Positions 1 through 11,468 of a stretch of DNA of 64,000 nucleotides are shown here, in pieces. The position numbers were made by a program, and so were the translations under genes. How positions within the stretch are numbered: the stretch's first letter is position 1; each line of letters opens with the position of its first letter. The stretch is from NCBI GenBank assembly GCA_000708835.1, contig DF237081.1:1-64000 (forward strand). The letters run 5' to 3'. This DNA comes from Klebsormidium nitens (lineage: Eukaryota; Plantae; Klebsormidiophyceae). The notes under the pieces are model-generated. The model saw only the letters and a program-made list of their open reading frames with translations. It made no database searches and was not told the origin of the DNA.

Positions 1-3000
1 CACAACCTATCCTGAACGGTGACATCGGCTCACTGAAGCCGATCCATCCGGGATATTACGGCGTCTTGCAGACAGCCACGCAGTGCGTCGTTAAGACGTA
101 ACCACCGCCGTTTCGCTAACCCGCAGGTCAACGAAATCCTGTCGAGAACGAGGTTAGGCTTAACCAGTCGTAATCGTTACATTTCAGAAGACTTGTCATC
201 CGCACCTTCGCAATCGTCACCGCCCTCTGATGAAGCCGAGTCGGAACTGTCTGGCCCCTGCAATCAATTAGTAAAGTGTTTTGGATGCAGCCTAGATGGA
301 TGGCACTCTCGTTTGCACCAGAAACAGAAACGTGTGGGCTACTTCCAAAGTGCTGTCCTTGGCGTCCAAGCTGTCCATGAAGACGAGTTCGTGAATGAGA
401 AATTCTCTTGATGGACAACACTCCCGTCCGTGGACCGCCAGGATGATCGAAGCTTGAGCTGGGTTAAAAAAAAAAGGAAACGGTGGGCTACTTCCAAAGT
501 GCTGTCCTTGCCGTCCAAGCTGTCCATGAAGACGAGTTCGTGAATGAGAAATTCTCTTGATGGACAAAACTCCCATCTGTGGATCGCAAGGATAATTGAA
601 GCTTGAGCTGGGTTACAAAAACCCGGAAACGGTGGGCTACTTCCAAAGTGCTGTCCTTGCCGTCCAAGCTGTCCATAAAGACGAATTTGTAAGTGGGAAT
701 TTCTCTTGATGGACAACACTTCCGTCCGTGGACCGCCAAATCATGAAGGGGAAGTCTTTGTGTAAGGACGCTTATGCAGCTGCACTCGAGTGAGTTTCAA
801 CTCACCAATACGCTTGCTCCTAACTCTCTTTCTTGGTCCGCAAAATGATGCTCCTGTGCACCTTCGCAATCGTCCCCGCCGCCCGATGATTCCGACTCGT
901 CGGAACTACTCGGCCCCTGCATTCAAATGAAATGGTAATAGTGAAGAGCGGCAATGCTTTTCTGAGCCAAAAAGGTAAATTTCACCACGGCTGATCGACT
1001 TCCACCCTTTAAATGGGTTTGACGTGGCATATGGAAGCGGGGTCCTTGGGAGCAACTTGACTTGAGATAGGCAAATAACCTCCAATTGGTGGAGAGTACG
1101 TATTCGAGGGCCAGACCAGCGAACCTTCCCCGGCCAAGCAAAAGGGAAGAATTTAAGATTTTTGAAGGCTCGTTGTACGCGACCACAGATACCTCTAACC
1201 CCGCTCATTGGGATTATCTTACACAGCCTCTTTGAGCGACAAACAGCCCGGAACGGCAAGAAATAAAAACACAACGACGCATTCTTATGCTGGCATCCTC
1301 TGCCTCCGACATCACTTTGATTTCGGCTGTCGAGTGCGCTCCTTCAACCCAACAACTTGCCATTTGATCGTTCGTCGCCCCTTCGTCACACTCTGCATCG
1401 CCACCATGCTTGCGTTTTTGGCCCCGCGCCTGGTCCGGTGCTTCCTGCTCCTTCATGACAAAGAGAAGTGCGTCACCATCCTGCGTATGCACTTTGAGCA
1501 CCTTTCTGTGGCCTCTTGAAGACAAATGATGATCCTACCAGCAGAGTACCGTCTATCAGGAAGCGTTTGTCATTGAGTGTACTTTTGGCGGAAGGAACGC
1601 CGCGTTTGAAAGACCTTATGGGCTCACAGCACTCTTGAGATATATCGGGCCAATACCATCAACGACTACCATCTGCATATAGCGGCACTGTCATGCCGAC
1701 TCAGCTTGGTCGGTACACCAAGAGGAAGTGTCTCCCAGAGTCGCCCTGCTCATGTTGACGGGCAGCTTCAACAAGTAGTTTACTCCTCTCGAACAACGTA
1801 AGAATCACAAGAACCACGTTCTGCCATGCCAACCCCTGCCCCTCTTGATGAGTTCAACCCTAAAACAAGTTACACTCTTTACTTGTTTGAGGTGTTCACT
1901 TGAAAAACAAGTTTACCTGGCTGCTCACAATGCTTCCTCTCTCGGCTGCCAAGCGTCTTTGGAATTGTTCGAACGGACCGTTGTAAAGCGTCTGCCTCGC
2001 GACTTCATCCGGCAGGCTCCCCATCTGTGTACGAGAGTATTGCTGAAGTGAGAAGCGTAACCTAAATCATTTGGGAACATCTTGCAACTGGAGCATACCG
2101 CAAGGTGAGCTCTAAAGATTCACAAGGAGGTTTGAGCGTTTTTTCCCCGGGGGGAGAAGGGGGGCAAGACGCGTCTTCCCACCATTCTCCCCGCCCCCAA
2201 AAGCCTGGGGGGAGCAAATCCGTCACTCTCCACCCCTCACCTCCAATGGAGGAGAACTCTCCTCCCATACTTGCCCCCCCCCCACCACAAATCGATTCGC
2301 TGAGTCAAACAGTTCTCGGAGCTTTTCGAAAGGTGGATTCGGCTATGCTTGCCGGGTCCGTTCTGAGTGCTCAGTAAAAAATATGAGATGGTTACTGCAA
2401 AAGGTTCCCGTCTGTCTCTGATTGGGCTCGAACCGATGCCCTTTCCCCAGTGCGTCTGCTACCTTAACCACCTGATCCATTCCAGGGGTTGTACCCGGTA
2501 GGGGGCAGCTAAGAATTAATATACGCTGGACGCAAGAACTGCTTTCTGCTTTTCTCCTCTTCTGCAAAACCGATGACACCTTCTTAACCCGTTTCTCGAC
2601 TCCAATTGGCAGAAATGAAGCATCTCTGGCGATTCTCACCCGTTCTGATCAGTTGGACAGCAAGATATGGCAGCCTTTTATGGACCGTCGGCAACGAAAA
2701 ACTTGAAAGAGTTTCAATGAGTTTCACATGAACGAGCCATGTAGTTTTTGCTCTCAGTGCAAAACCACGACAGAGGGATCAGTGATGCACACCGGCTCCA
2801 AACAACGTCCAAGCTAAGCCTTCATTCTTGTGACTGCTGGTTAGCTCAACGTGAGCTGTCCAGGACTAGCAGAATCTGAAACAGCTCACACTTTGCTTGA
2901 AATGCTCAGCAGCAAGCTTATTGAAATCATATACATACTCAAAATAGCTGGTGCACCACTGGCAACGGGCTGGCAACACTGGCGTGCGATGATTTTTTCA

Positions 3001-3868
3001 CAGGCACGGGAAGTCACTGGCACGCGCACGTATCACCGAAACCATCATTGGCAATGTTCCTGGCACTACTGGCGTTGAAATGCAACTGGCACATACCACA
3101 AGCTGGCACCACTGGCACCACTGGCAACGTCACTGGCACCACTGGCGTTGATCACTAGTGGCACGTACGACTGGCTTCACTGACACACAGTGGCGTGACC
3201 ACTGGAGCAAAACATCACCAGCACTACTGGCACCACTGGCAGCCTGTTGATTCAAAGCGGACGCCGCGCAGGTGCTGAGGTACTTTCGGACTGAGCTACT
3301 CCAGTATGATGGCAGGTACCTGACTGATAGCACGAGACGAGCCAGATCGACGTTAGTACAGAAGAAGGCGCTTCAGCGCAAAGCAAATTTGTGATGTGGT
3401 CCTGAGATTGCAACAAGCTTGGAAGGAACAGAATCGGAAGTGCTCTGATTCGGAATGAATGAAATGAGAAAGTTTCTGAGCTTTTATACCCCGATTTCTA
3501 GACCGTCCGAAGGAGGCTGCAGCTGCTACGTGGCCAGCAGACTGCTCACGTGGCCGGTGCAGGGCTTCTGTATCCTTCCAGAACCCGGTAAGTTGGCATG
3601 AAACATAGCAGTCAAAGTCGGTCCAAGCCTGCTGAGTCAGGCAGCAGGCTGTCCAGGGTGCCAAGTCAGACTCACCGTACCTTCGCGGTACAACCGCCTG
3701 AACTTTTATCGACGGTGAGGTGTCCCTCCAATCACACGTGGCAGGCAGGCGCGGGACTGACTCTGTCAGACTCACTGACTCGTCATTGACCGTACGACTC
3801 AGTGAAACGTGCGCGCGCTGCTCGCGAATGGACGGCACTTCTTGTTCGGACGGCAAAACTGATTGCAT
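1..3868 (-). CDS. Hypothetical multi-exon protein, 3' end runs off the window
   Basis: Candidate exons: 3868-3681 (MQSVLPSEQEV.., donor AG|GTACGG); about 1534-1310 (DHHLSSRGHRKVLKVHTQDGD..); 916-862 (GPSSSDESESSGGGDDCE); 607-492 or 458-343 (AQASIILAVHGRECCPSREFLIHELVF..); 257-206 (GPDSSDSASSEGGDDCE); about 66-35. Phases from 916 downward join consistently. Exons between 3680 and 1535 are unresolved. No family recognised. Confidence 0.4.
331..740. repeat. Three-copy 149-bp tandem repeat, each unit carrying a candidate minus-strand exon
   Basis: GTGGGCTACTTCCAAAGTGCTGTCCTTG starts at 334, 483 and 632 (period 149). Confidence 0.92.
2950..3243. repeat. Degenerate (C)CACTGGCA minisatellite, about 19 motif copies
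   Basis: Repeated ACTGGCA/CTGGC variants, with some perfect 9-bp tandem units (CCACTGGCA CCACTGGCA at 3109-3126). Confidence 0.85.
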
Positions 3869-3938
3869 GACTGCAATCAGGTTAGCGGACGCCGGGTTTG
3901 TTAGACCTGCAGTACTAACTAGCAATCGACCTGTGGCT

Positions 3939-4050
3939 CTCGGGGCGACATTGGTGCGGCGCGGCAGCGCGCCTCGCCGGAAGGGGGGGGGACACGTGGC
4001 GGTTTGTGGCTGGCCGAAATAATGCCGTTCAACATGCAGATGGTTAGTTG
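3939..4050 (-). promoter_or_regulatory. Upstream block homologous to 10265-10372; contains poly-G + ACACGTG (G-box core)
   Basis: Collinear shared words TCGGGGCGAC, GGTGCG, GGGGGGGACACGTG, TGCCGTTCAACA, AGATGGTT(A/G)GTTGG. It lies just upstream of a minus-strand ATG. The promoter role is inferred from position. Confidence 0.55.
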
Positions 4051-4679
4051 GAAGAGAGCATCTGGTCAGTGGCATAGTTTTTCCAGAGTACTGGTGATAA
4101 GTCGAAATGCAATGTACTTCCATCCAAGTCCTTTCAACCAGATTGAGGACGGCCATTAGCGAGGCATTTATACTCGTGGCCAAGAAGCTTGTCAATCGGA
4201 GAGATCTCACCTATAGCATAGATGCGGTATGTTCAATGAAACATTCGCTCGTTACTCATTTTGTTACAACGTGCATATGATAGTGACTTTTTTACGATAT
4301 GCATCAACTCCTTTGTACACAGATTGTATGGTCTCTTATTACCTCATGCAATCGACATCAAGATGAGATCGCATGTATTCCTTACACACTTTGCAAAGGT
4401 GTGCAGCAAGTCTCAAATCTTCCAAGCAGCTGAGTGGGTCTGTGGTCGTGACTTCTGCAATTGAGTGTTTGGGTAAAGCAACAAGCGAGTGCTCCTCGGG
4501 CATGAAATAATCATCTTCAAATGAGCAGCTACTACACTTGAATACCGCCAATGCTGCAAACAATCCCTCATATACTTTGGTTCAGTCTTCAGTTCAGTCT
4601 TATACCCTGTTAAGTTGATCTGCTGAGCAGCGCATCATCTCCTGCCCTGATCATTCTCCCTTCTTATCAGGCTTCGGCT

Positions 4680-7600
4680 TCAAACATCCTTGATGGATCC
4701 GAGGTAATCTACCTCCTCGGCCAGCAAGTACTTGCCTATGTTGGGCGCGTGAATACAGACTTGCACCCAAGCGAAGTCCATGTCCTCCGAGAGCTTCCGC
4801 GTTGCATTGGTGAGGCTCCTCTCCTTCACCTCTGCAGGATACGCCAAGAGGACCTGTAGTACGCCCTCCACGCCCAGCTTCCTGAGGGAGGCCTTCAGCT
4901 GCTTCCGTTTCCCTTCTGCGCCCCGATCCCCCTTGTACATGGTGTTGAGACTGAGCGTTCCAAGTGCGTGGGTCAACTTGTCGACTTTCTTTCGACATTT
5001 CGCTTGGACAAGGCTTAACCACCGGACGCCCCCGATCCGCACGATTGCCGCGTTGTCGGGACCAGCTGCATCTTCTGGGAAGAAGAACGGGTTGCCCCTG
5101 GGCTCCTCCAGAAACTCGAGCAACCCGCGATCGCGCGTGAAGGCCTCAACGCGCGGGATGACCTCACTCAAGGGAACACCTTGCTCGGGGCCTTCAACGC
5201 ACTCGATGTGCGCGCCGCTCTTGAAGCAATCCGGGAGGTTTGAGAGGGGCTTGAGGAGGGGGTGGGTTTCTAGGCACGGGGAGTTGAGGAAGCGCGTCTG
5301 GGCACGCGGGATCAAGGTTTCGAAAAGGGACCCCAGAACCGCATCATTCCGTGCTAACCGGAGGTTGTCGATCATGATCTCGTCAAGGCTGAGGTCAAAC
5401 TCACTGAGGAAGAGGTTTTCGACCGCTTTCACGGCAAGCGGCTCCATGAGCTCCACCTTGGGGCAGCTCCCCTTCGGCCCTACCTCAATCAGGTGACAAA
5501 TCCCAACTTGGATCATGTCAACGTCCGCGATGGGTGTAGAAACCCCTCTACCGACCAGGTAGTACGACTGCAGGAGGACCTTGAGGTGCCGCAGCACTCG
5601 GTGCCGGATGTCCTGCCGGAGGCTTCGCGTCTTCTCTTTCAGACAACCTAGCAGGGACGTGGCCTCCTCTGTCTCGGTCTGGCGACGCGCAAGGTACTCA
5701 AGGGCTTCCCCCCAGTCTTTCCCGAGCTCAACCACGGCTTGCACCAGATGCGCCGCAAACCGCGGCCGCCCGATGAGGAGGTGCGCCTTGACGCCGTCAG
5801 GGGGCCTCACGAGGTACTCTTGAGCGTACTGCAGGGCCTCGTCCTTGGAGAAGCGGGCAAAGTCGCTGAACACGCGCAGCTCGGATGCCCCAAACTCGGC
5901 GATCGCGGAATGAAGCTGATGCGCATGCCTGAGACTGAGCCCGGTGCCTGTTACAACGACAGAACCCGTCAGGTAGTAGACGCAGAGCAGCAGAGAGGTG
6001 CATCAGCGTGTGAGGGCCCTTGGAGCGAAGAAGCGAAAACGCACGTGGCCTGAACTCCTTGGTAGCAAAGCGATACCACAGAAACATGAAGTGGCCGTAC
6101 GGGGCCCAAAACCGGCCAGAATGTCTGAGTAGTCTCTCAGCGTAGGAGCAACAAGTCGATTGCTGTGGCCACCAGATTGGAGGACGCAATGAGGAGCCCA
6201 AATGTCAAAGTAATGGACTGGCCGGTTGCAATCAGCATAAGAGATGTGAGCCGTTGTGATTGACTCAAGATCTGGGCCTTCGCTTGCCAGCACTTGGTCG
6301 GGGCCAAAGTTTACAGGAGGGACACAGCAGAAGACGCGGTTGCATGCTTGCTGCCATGTTTGTAGACCAGGCAGCACATTGAGCTCGCTGACTGAGGCGT
6401 TTCGCAACGACCGTTCGAGTGTTGACTCACGAAGGAAAATTCTTGCGTTGCTGACAGCAAAACGATCACATGCATAGTGAGATAGCTCTCTCAACAGAAA
6501 GCGAACTCAGTCGAGGTGAATCAGAACACTCAAACAAACAAGAAATCTCGCCAAAAGCTAAGCGCGCCTCAGACCCAAAACAGTGCCCTCGGCTAAGACT
6601 GGCGTTGCTCGAGTGCTGGGAGGAGAGTGCAGGCACCATATCGGCGGGCAGGCGACTAGACGCATAAAGAGGGTTCATTAAAATGTAGGGTTCATGTAGA
6701 GCGTACCGGTCAGATTGAAGTGGAAGAACTCGAAATAGTCCCAGTGCAGGCTCCGGACAAAAGCGTTGAGCAGTGGGCGCCCCTCGTTCCTCAGGCGGTT
6801 TGGGAACCATCCTTCCATCAACTCCGTTCCCACTTGCGCCTCATCAGGGAAGACGTTGAAGATCTTCTGGTGTGGAACCAACTCCCGGATCTCCGCCATC
6901 GTCTCCCGAAGTTTTTGCACCGCTTCTGCCTTCGACAAGGCCAGCAACACTTCCCACGTTTTCACGAGCCAATCCTGGCAAACAGAAGACGAAGCCCCAT
7001 GAGAACTTGGATGGGCCATACTCTTATGACGATTACGAACAGACACAAGAGTCACAGAGCGCAGCTGCCACGACTCCGGCTACAGTTGTGCAGGAGGGCC
7101 AGCGAGTGCAGCTCCAAGAGCAGTAGTGCTGAGTCGACTGTCTTTCGACTTTTTCCTGAGGCGCGAAATGACGTGCCCAGCAATCGGGCTGACCAAAGCC
7201 CCACTGACTGCTAAATGGGGTTGCAAGCTTGCAGGCGACCTGATTGCTTCGACCATTTATCTCACACGCCCGGCCGTACGCCTAGGCACTTCCTCCTCGC
7301 AGAGCAGCCTGACGATGAACCATCTGACCAAGAAAACAAGCAATCCCGTTCCTATCCTCCAGCAGCTTTCCATTCAGACTACCTAGCTGCTCAGCAAAAT
7401 CCACCTTCTGGCAACCGTTTCTATCTTCCAGCAGCTTTCCCTTCAGACTACCTAGCTGCTCAACAATATCCACCTGCTGCCAAAAGCAAAGGCCTAGAAA
7501 TTCCAGTCTAGGTTCTTGATCCTCATGCACAAGCCCTTTGTTCCTCTAAAAACAGGATCTAGGATGCGGCTTGCAGACTTCAAGCATGTGAAGCTTTCAA

Positions 7601-10189
7601 GAGTAGCTGCTCACCAAAGGAGCCGCAATGTCAGGAAAATTCTCACCTCCTGCGGACCAATGCCGATGAGCTGGAAGAGGAGAAAGCCCCTTGGGCTCGC
7701 TTGATCGCCGTGCTGCCTTAGGTACTGGCGCAACCCCAGTGCGTGGGCCAGCAGGATCCGAACGACGAACTTGGGCATGTCCTTTAACCGGTCGTCGCGG
7801 AACGCTTGAAAGCGACGCGCGTCGTGCTGGACCGCCTTGTACTCGTCCTCATGCGCATCACTGAGACGCTCGATCGCCTTCTGTAGAAGGAGGCTCCCGG
7901 GGTCCTTCTCTGTAGAGAAGCTCAAGTAGAAACCGTATTCATGGCAGAGCGCCTCCAGGGCTGTCCGGGTCTTCCCGGCGCCCGACGGCCCGATCAGCGC
8001 GGTCACCCGGGTCTGCACCTGGTGCTGGCCCCGCCCAGACGCGTGCAGCTCTCGATTCCCCTCAAGCAGGTCCTTCGCCTTGGTCGAGCCGTTCCCCCCT
8101 TGCCCCGGAAGATCCGTCAGGAGCAGGCTTGGGGAGCCCCGGAAGTAGGTGATGCTACGATTCCTCTGCGCCAGGGGGCTGGATGCGGGCCTCAGGTCCA
8201 GCTGTGGCTGCCCATCTGCCTCTTGAGAAGCGAAAGCACGCTCCAGAATCATCCGAACATCCTCTTCGATGCCGGCGCTCCAAGGTTCATCACCGCTCCT
8301 TCCTGCACCAACAGAGGAGTACTCCCGTCAAAACGTGGGTTGTTCACCGCACCCAAACGAGCAAAGAAATATCGCTCCTTCAATCAGGTGCGCTGCAAGA
8401 ACCCAACTGAGAGCAGCCAACAGGAGGAAGAAAACGGCAGCGGCATAGAGGAAATCAATCACAGCTTGTTTGCTTATCTTAATGATGATCACTCTGAGCA
8501 TGACAATTGACCACTTCTTCTTAGCAACTACAGGGAGTCGGAAGAACCAAGCACTGCAACTTGTGAATTGCGTGTCTAAGAGCAGAGCGCAGTCACATGA
8601 ACTTCCTGAACTTTCTGTGAACGATACTTCTTCCCAAAGAGTAAGAGAGCAGAAATAGATGACGCTGATCTTGATGAAGGCATGATTTTCCGAGGCAAAG
8701 GCCCAAGAAATAGCTATCACTCAGATGTCATGCCCAAAGCTTGTCAGAACGGCCCTCCCACTAGTTCTCATGCATGTGGGGTGGTGAGCAGCTGCAGAGA
8801 ATGGAGCTTTCAAGCGAACCTTTTAGCAACTGTGAACCTTTCCTTGGGGTGCTCATGCAGATGTGTAAGCCTGAAGGACCAGAAAGGCCACTCACTCCGA
8901 TCGTCGTTGGCATCTGGCATCTCTGTATCCCCGGAAGGGCCAGCGCCCTCATCCCCTTCCGTCCGTGCAACAACTAGTACAAACGAAGCAAATGTTAGCA
9001 GAAGGCATGCCATCTTTAAGCATGACAGCAAGGCTCCCTCAGGGGACAGGGCACAACGAGCTGCAAACAGCAGAACCTTAGATCTGCGCAAAGCAAGAGA
9101 ACAGTACAACAATCCAGGAATTAGAGGACCATGCTCCCAACGAAACCAAAAAATAGGAGATGTGGTGAACATCAGTGCGTCTACCATGACACAGAAAGCT
9201 CAGGCACTCTGCCCAATTGTAGGCATGCGCAATTCCATTGCATGGGTCTACTGACAGATGAATGTTGTCCCGAGGACTGCAATGGTGCGAACCACAGCGT
9301 CTGTCCCGAACCAGAAGCTCCAGCACTCTGCTCGACTGTAGGCAACGCTTGAATGGATTCATCGGACTTTTGGAGAACATTACTAAGTGCTTCTCCACGG
9401 TTTGTTGCAGTCTTCCACTACCTTCAACACCCAGACAGCAAACAAAGCGAGAGACACATCCCAATCTGCTGACTGGAGCCGCTCCTCCCTGTCCCAGACC
9501 GGATGAACCAACTGGTATAATTGAAAGAAAGGATGCTCTGAGACCTTACTGCACTCACCTGCCTGCTGCTTTGCACAATCTTCTAGGGCTACTGCACATG
9601 AGAGTTAACATGGAAGACACATACCTGCAGCCCACAGCCGGGCCTTTTCGTCCCGCAGCTGCTCTTCTTTCTTGCGCAGCTGCTCTCTTTCCTTGCGCAG
9701 CTGATCTCTTTCCTTGTCCCATCGCTGCACCTCACTCACATTGCCAGCCGCTTCCGCATGATTGATCTTTGCTTTTGCTTCCTCAATCTCTGTGGAAAGA
9801 GCATCGATCTCTTCGTTCACCTTTGCAATTTGCAGCTCAACAGCCTGGATAGCATCCATTGTCATGTCTCTATCTTAAGTCATCTACTCTTTTCAGAACG
9901 AGCCAGGCAGCATTGGGAGGGCAACATGCAAAGAACAGAGGAGAGTGCTGATATCCCGCCCTGTGATGATTAAGTTGCAAAGGAAACCTTGCAGACGCGG
10001 AGATTGCTTGCGCCTCAGATAGTCCTTGAATGACGAGGATCCGTCGACACGACGGGTGCCAAGACTCTCTGACCCGTGCTTATTAGCAGGACCGAAAGAG
10101 ACAGCCTCGTTTTCGATCGATATGCTTCTTCTTTGCATCCCTTGTTTAGCGCGCGGACTCGCGCGCGGACAATCCATTTCGCCATCCAT
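4680..10189 (-). CDS. Crinkler-like (CR) protein: N-terminal coiled coil, P-loop NTPase, C-terminal PD-(D/E)XK restriction-endonuclease-fold domain
   Basis: Phase-consistent exons 8302-7647, 6974-6707 and 5947-4680 give Walker A (LIGPSGAGKT), Walker B (IFNVFPDEAQ), LTGTGLS across the splice, GSLFE and FPEDAAGPD..LVQAK. Coiled-coil exon about 9865-9625 (QLRKEREQLRKKEEQLRDEK); spacer exon ends at 8896. The 5' exons (10189 start, about 9510) are uncertain. Confidence 0.8.
7346..7483. repeat. 69-bp two-copy tandem duplication inside a CR-gene intron
   Basis: CCGTT(C/T)CTATC(C/T)TCCAGCAGCTTTCC.. at 7346 and 7415. Confidence 0.9.
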
Positions 10190-10264
10190 TTTTCGGACGG
10201 CGAATCAAAATGTTACTAATAATTACTTACCCGTTGCGATGGTGGTTCGGTGGTGTACAGGCCT

Positions 10265-10372
10265 TCGGGGCGACCAAGGTGCGCCGCGGACAGCGAGTCT
10301 TGCCTTGAGGGGGGGACACGTGTCGCTTTTTCGTTGGCTTATTTTGTGCCGTTCAACAGATGGTTGGTTGGC
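10265..10372 (-). promoter_or_regulatory. Upstream block of the CR gene, homologous to 3939-4050
   Basis: Same collinear words as 3939-4050. AAACCCTAA telo-box nearby at about 10398. Confidence 0.55.
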
Positions 10373-11468
10373 ACAGCCTGGATCTGGCTCAGAGCCCAAA
10401 CCCTAATCGGGTTAAGAATGCGTGTTATGTACAGACTCCTTTGAGCAGTTCGATACAAGGCTTTACCGCCGCGGCGGCTATCGCCCGATGGCTTTCGTCG
10501 TCGACGTTCGACTTCCTACTATGAAACTTTCGAATCAAAACTAGATTTTGCATTCACGTACAAGTGTCGAGTTGCCATTGATCGAGACGCTGACTGCGAA
10601 TCCGGCTTGTATTCTTGTAGATACTTGATTAAAGCACTCAAATTCATTCAAGTCGACTCTTAGCAGCATACTTCATGATGCGTGCCGAGCGTTTCATTAT
10701 GACTAGAATGTTCATCGGGTCGGAAGATAGAGGGAAGATAGCTGCTAATCAACCTTTGCAACACCAGCTCCGAGTTGGCTATAAGGCGCACTGCGTTCAT
10801 AAGCGAGTTGGAACTCCTTATGGCCCCCTGAGGTTCGTGAACGTGTCTGGTGGGTCACTCATCAGTGTTGAGTTTCTGTGGATGATGCGCAACCAGCCGG
10901 ACATGGGATGCCACATGTACATGACACATTCCATTGCCCGACAGATCAAGGATCGTTACGTACCGACCGAAGGCGATATCAGAAGCGAGTTGGAAACTGG
11001 ATCGTGTCATTGAGAGCAGTCTAACATTCAAACGTTTGACTTCTTTCATTCGCCAAGAAAACACCGTAATTGTGCACTTTTAATTGGAAAGCTGATGCCA
11101 CAATCCGGTTCCTTTTCAATTTACTTTGTTCACAGCACCTGCCGCCAGCTCGGGAGCTGTCTTTATTCAGTCAGTTATCTTTCTTATCTATCCCTTGTAT
11201 CCTCGATCCGTTTCAGCGAGCTCTCTTGTCAGTAGTACTGCCGTCCCGTCATCTGTTTATGTAACTACGCCAGCTGCGCTCTAGTCAGAACCACTCCAAA
11301 TGGGGAGTGATTCAAGCCACTACCTACTCCATAAAGAATGGCTACCAGTCTCTGTAACTCTTTCCGCAAACACAGTTGCTGTCTAGCTGTCCAGTGGTCA
11401 ACCGTCAATATGATCGGTCCGTAATCAGCTGTCCTAGCTTATTTGGCAGTCAGTCGCCGCTAGCGCGC

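Noticed and set aside
331-740. CRISPR-like array
   Set aside because: Whole 149-bp units are repeated with no unique spacers, the context is eukaryotic, and there are no cas genes.
2410-2500. tRNA-like T-loop (GGTTCGAGCC) on the minus strand
   Set aside because: The T stem is imperfect and no D arm, anticodon arm or acceptor stem could be built.
3353-4210. 285-aa ORF as a single gene
   Set aside because: It spans the shared upstream block and runs past a good donor at 3680. Only 3868-3681 looks like an exon.
4780-5496. 238-aa + strand ORF
   Set aside because: Antisense shadow of the GC-rich CR nuclease exon.
8328-8720. Hydrophobic 130-aa ORF as a transmembrane exon of the CR gene
   Set aside because: The donor at 8896 and acceptor at 8302 join in phase without it, so it is intronic.
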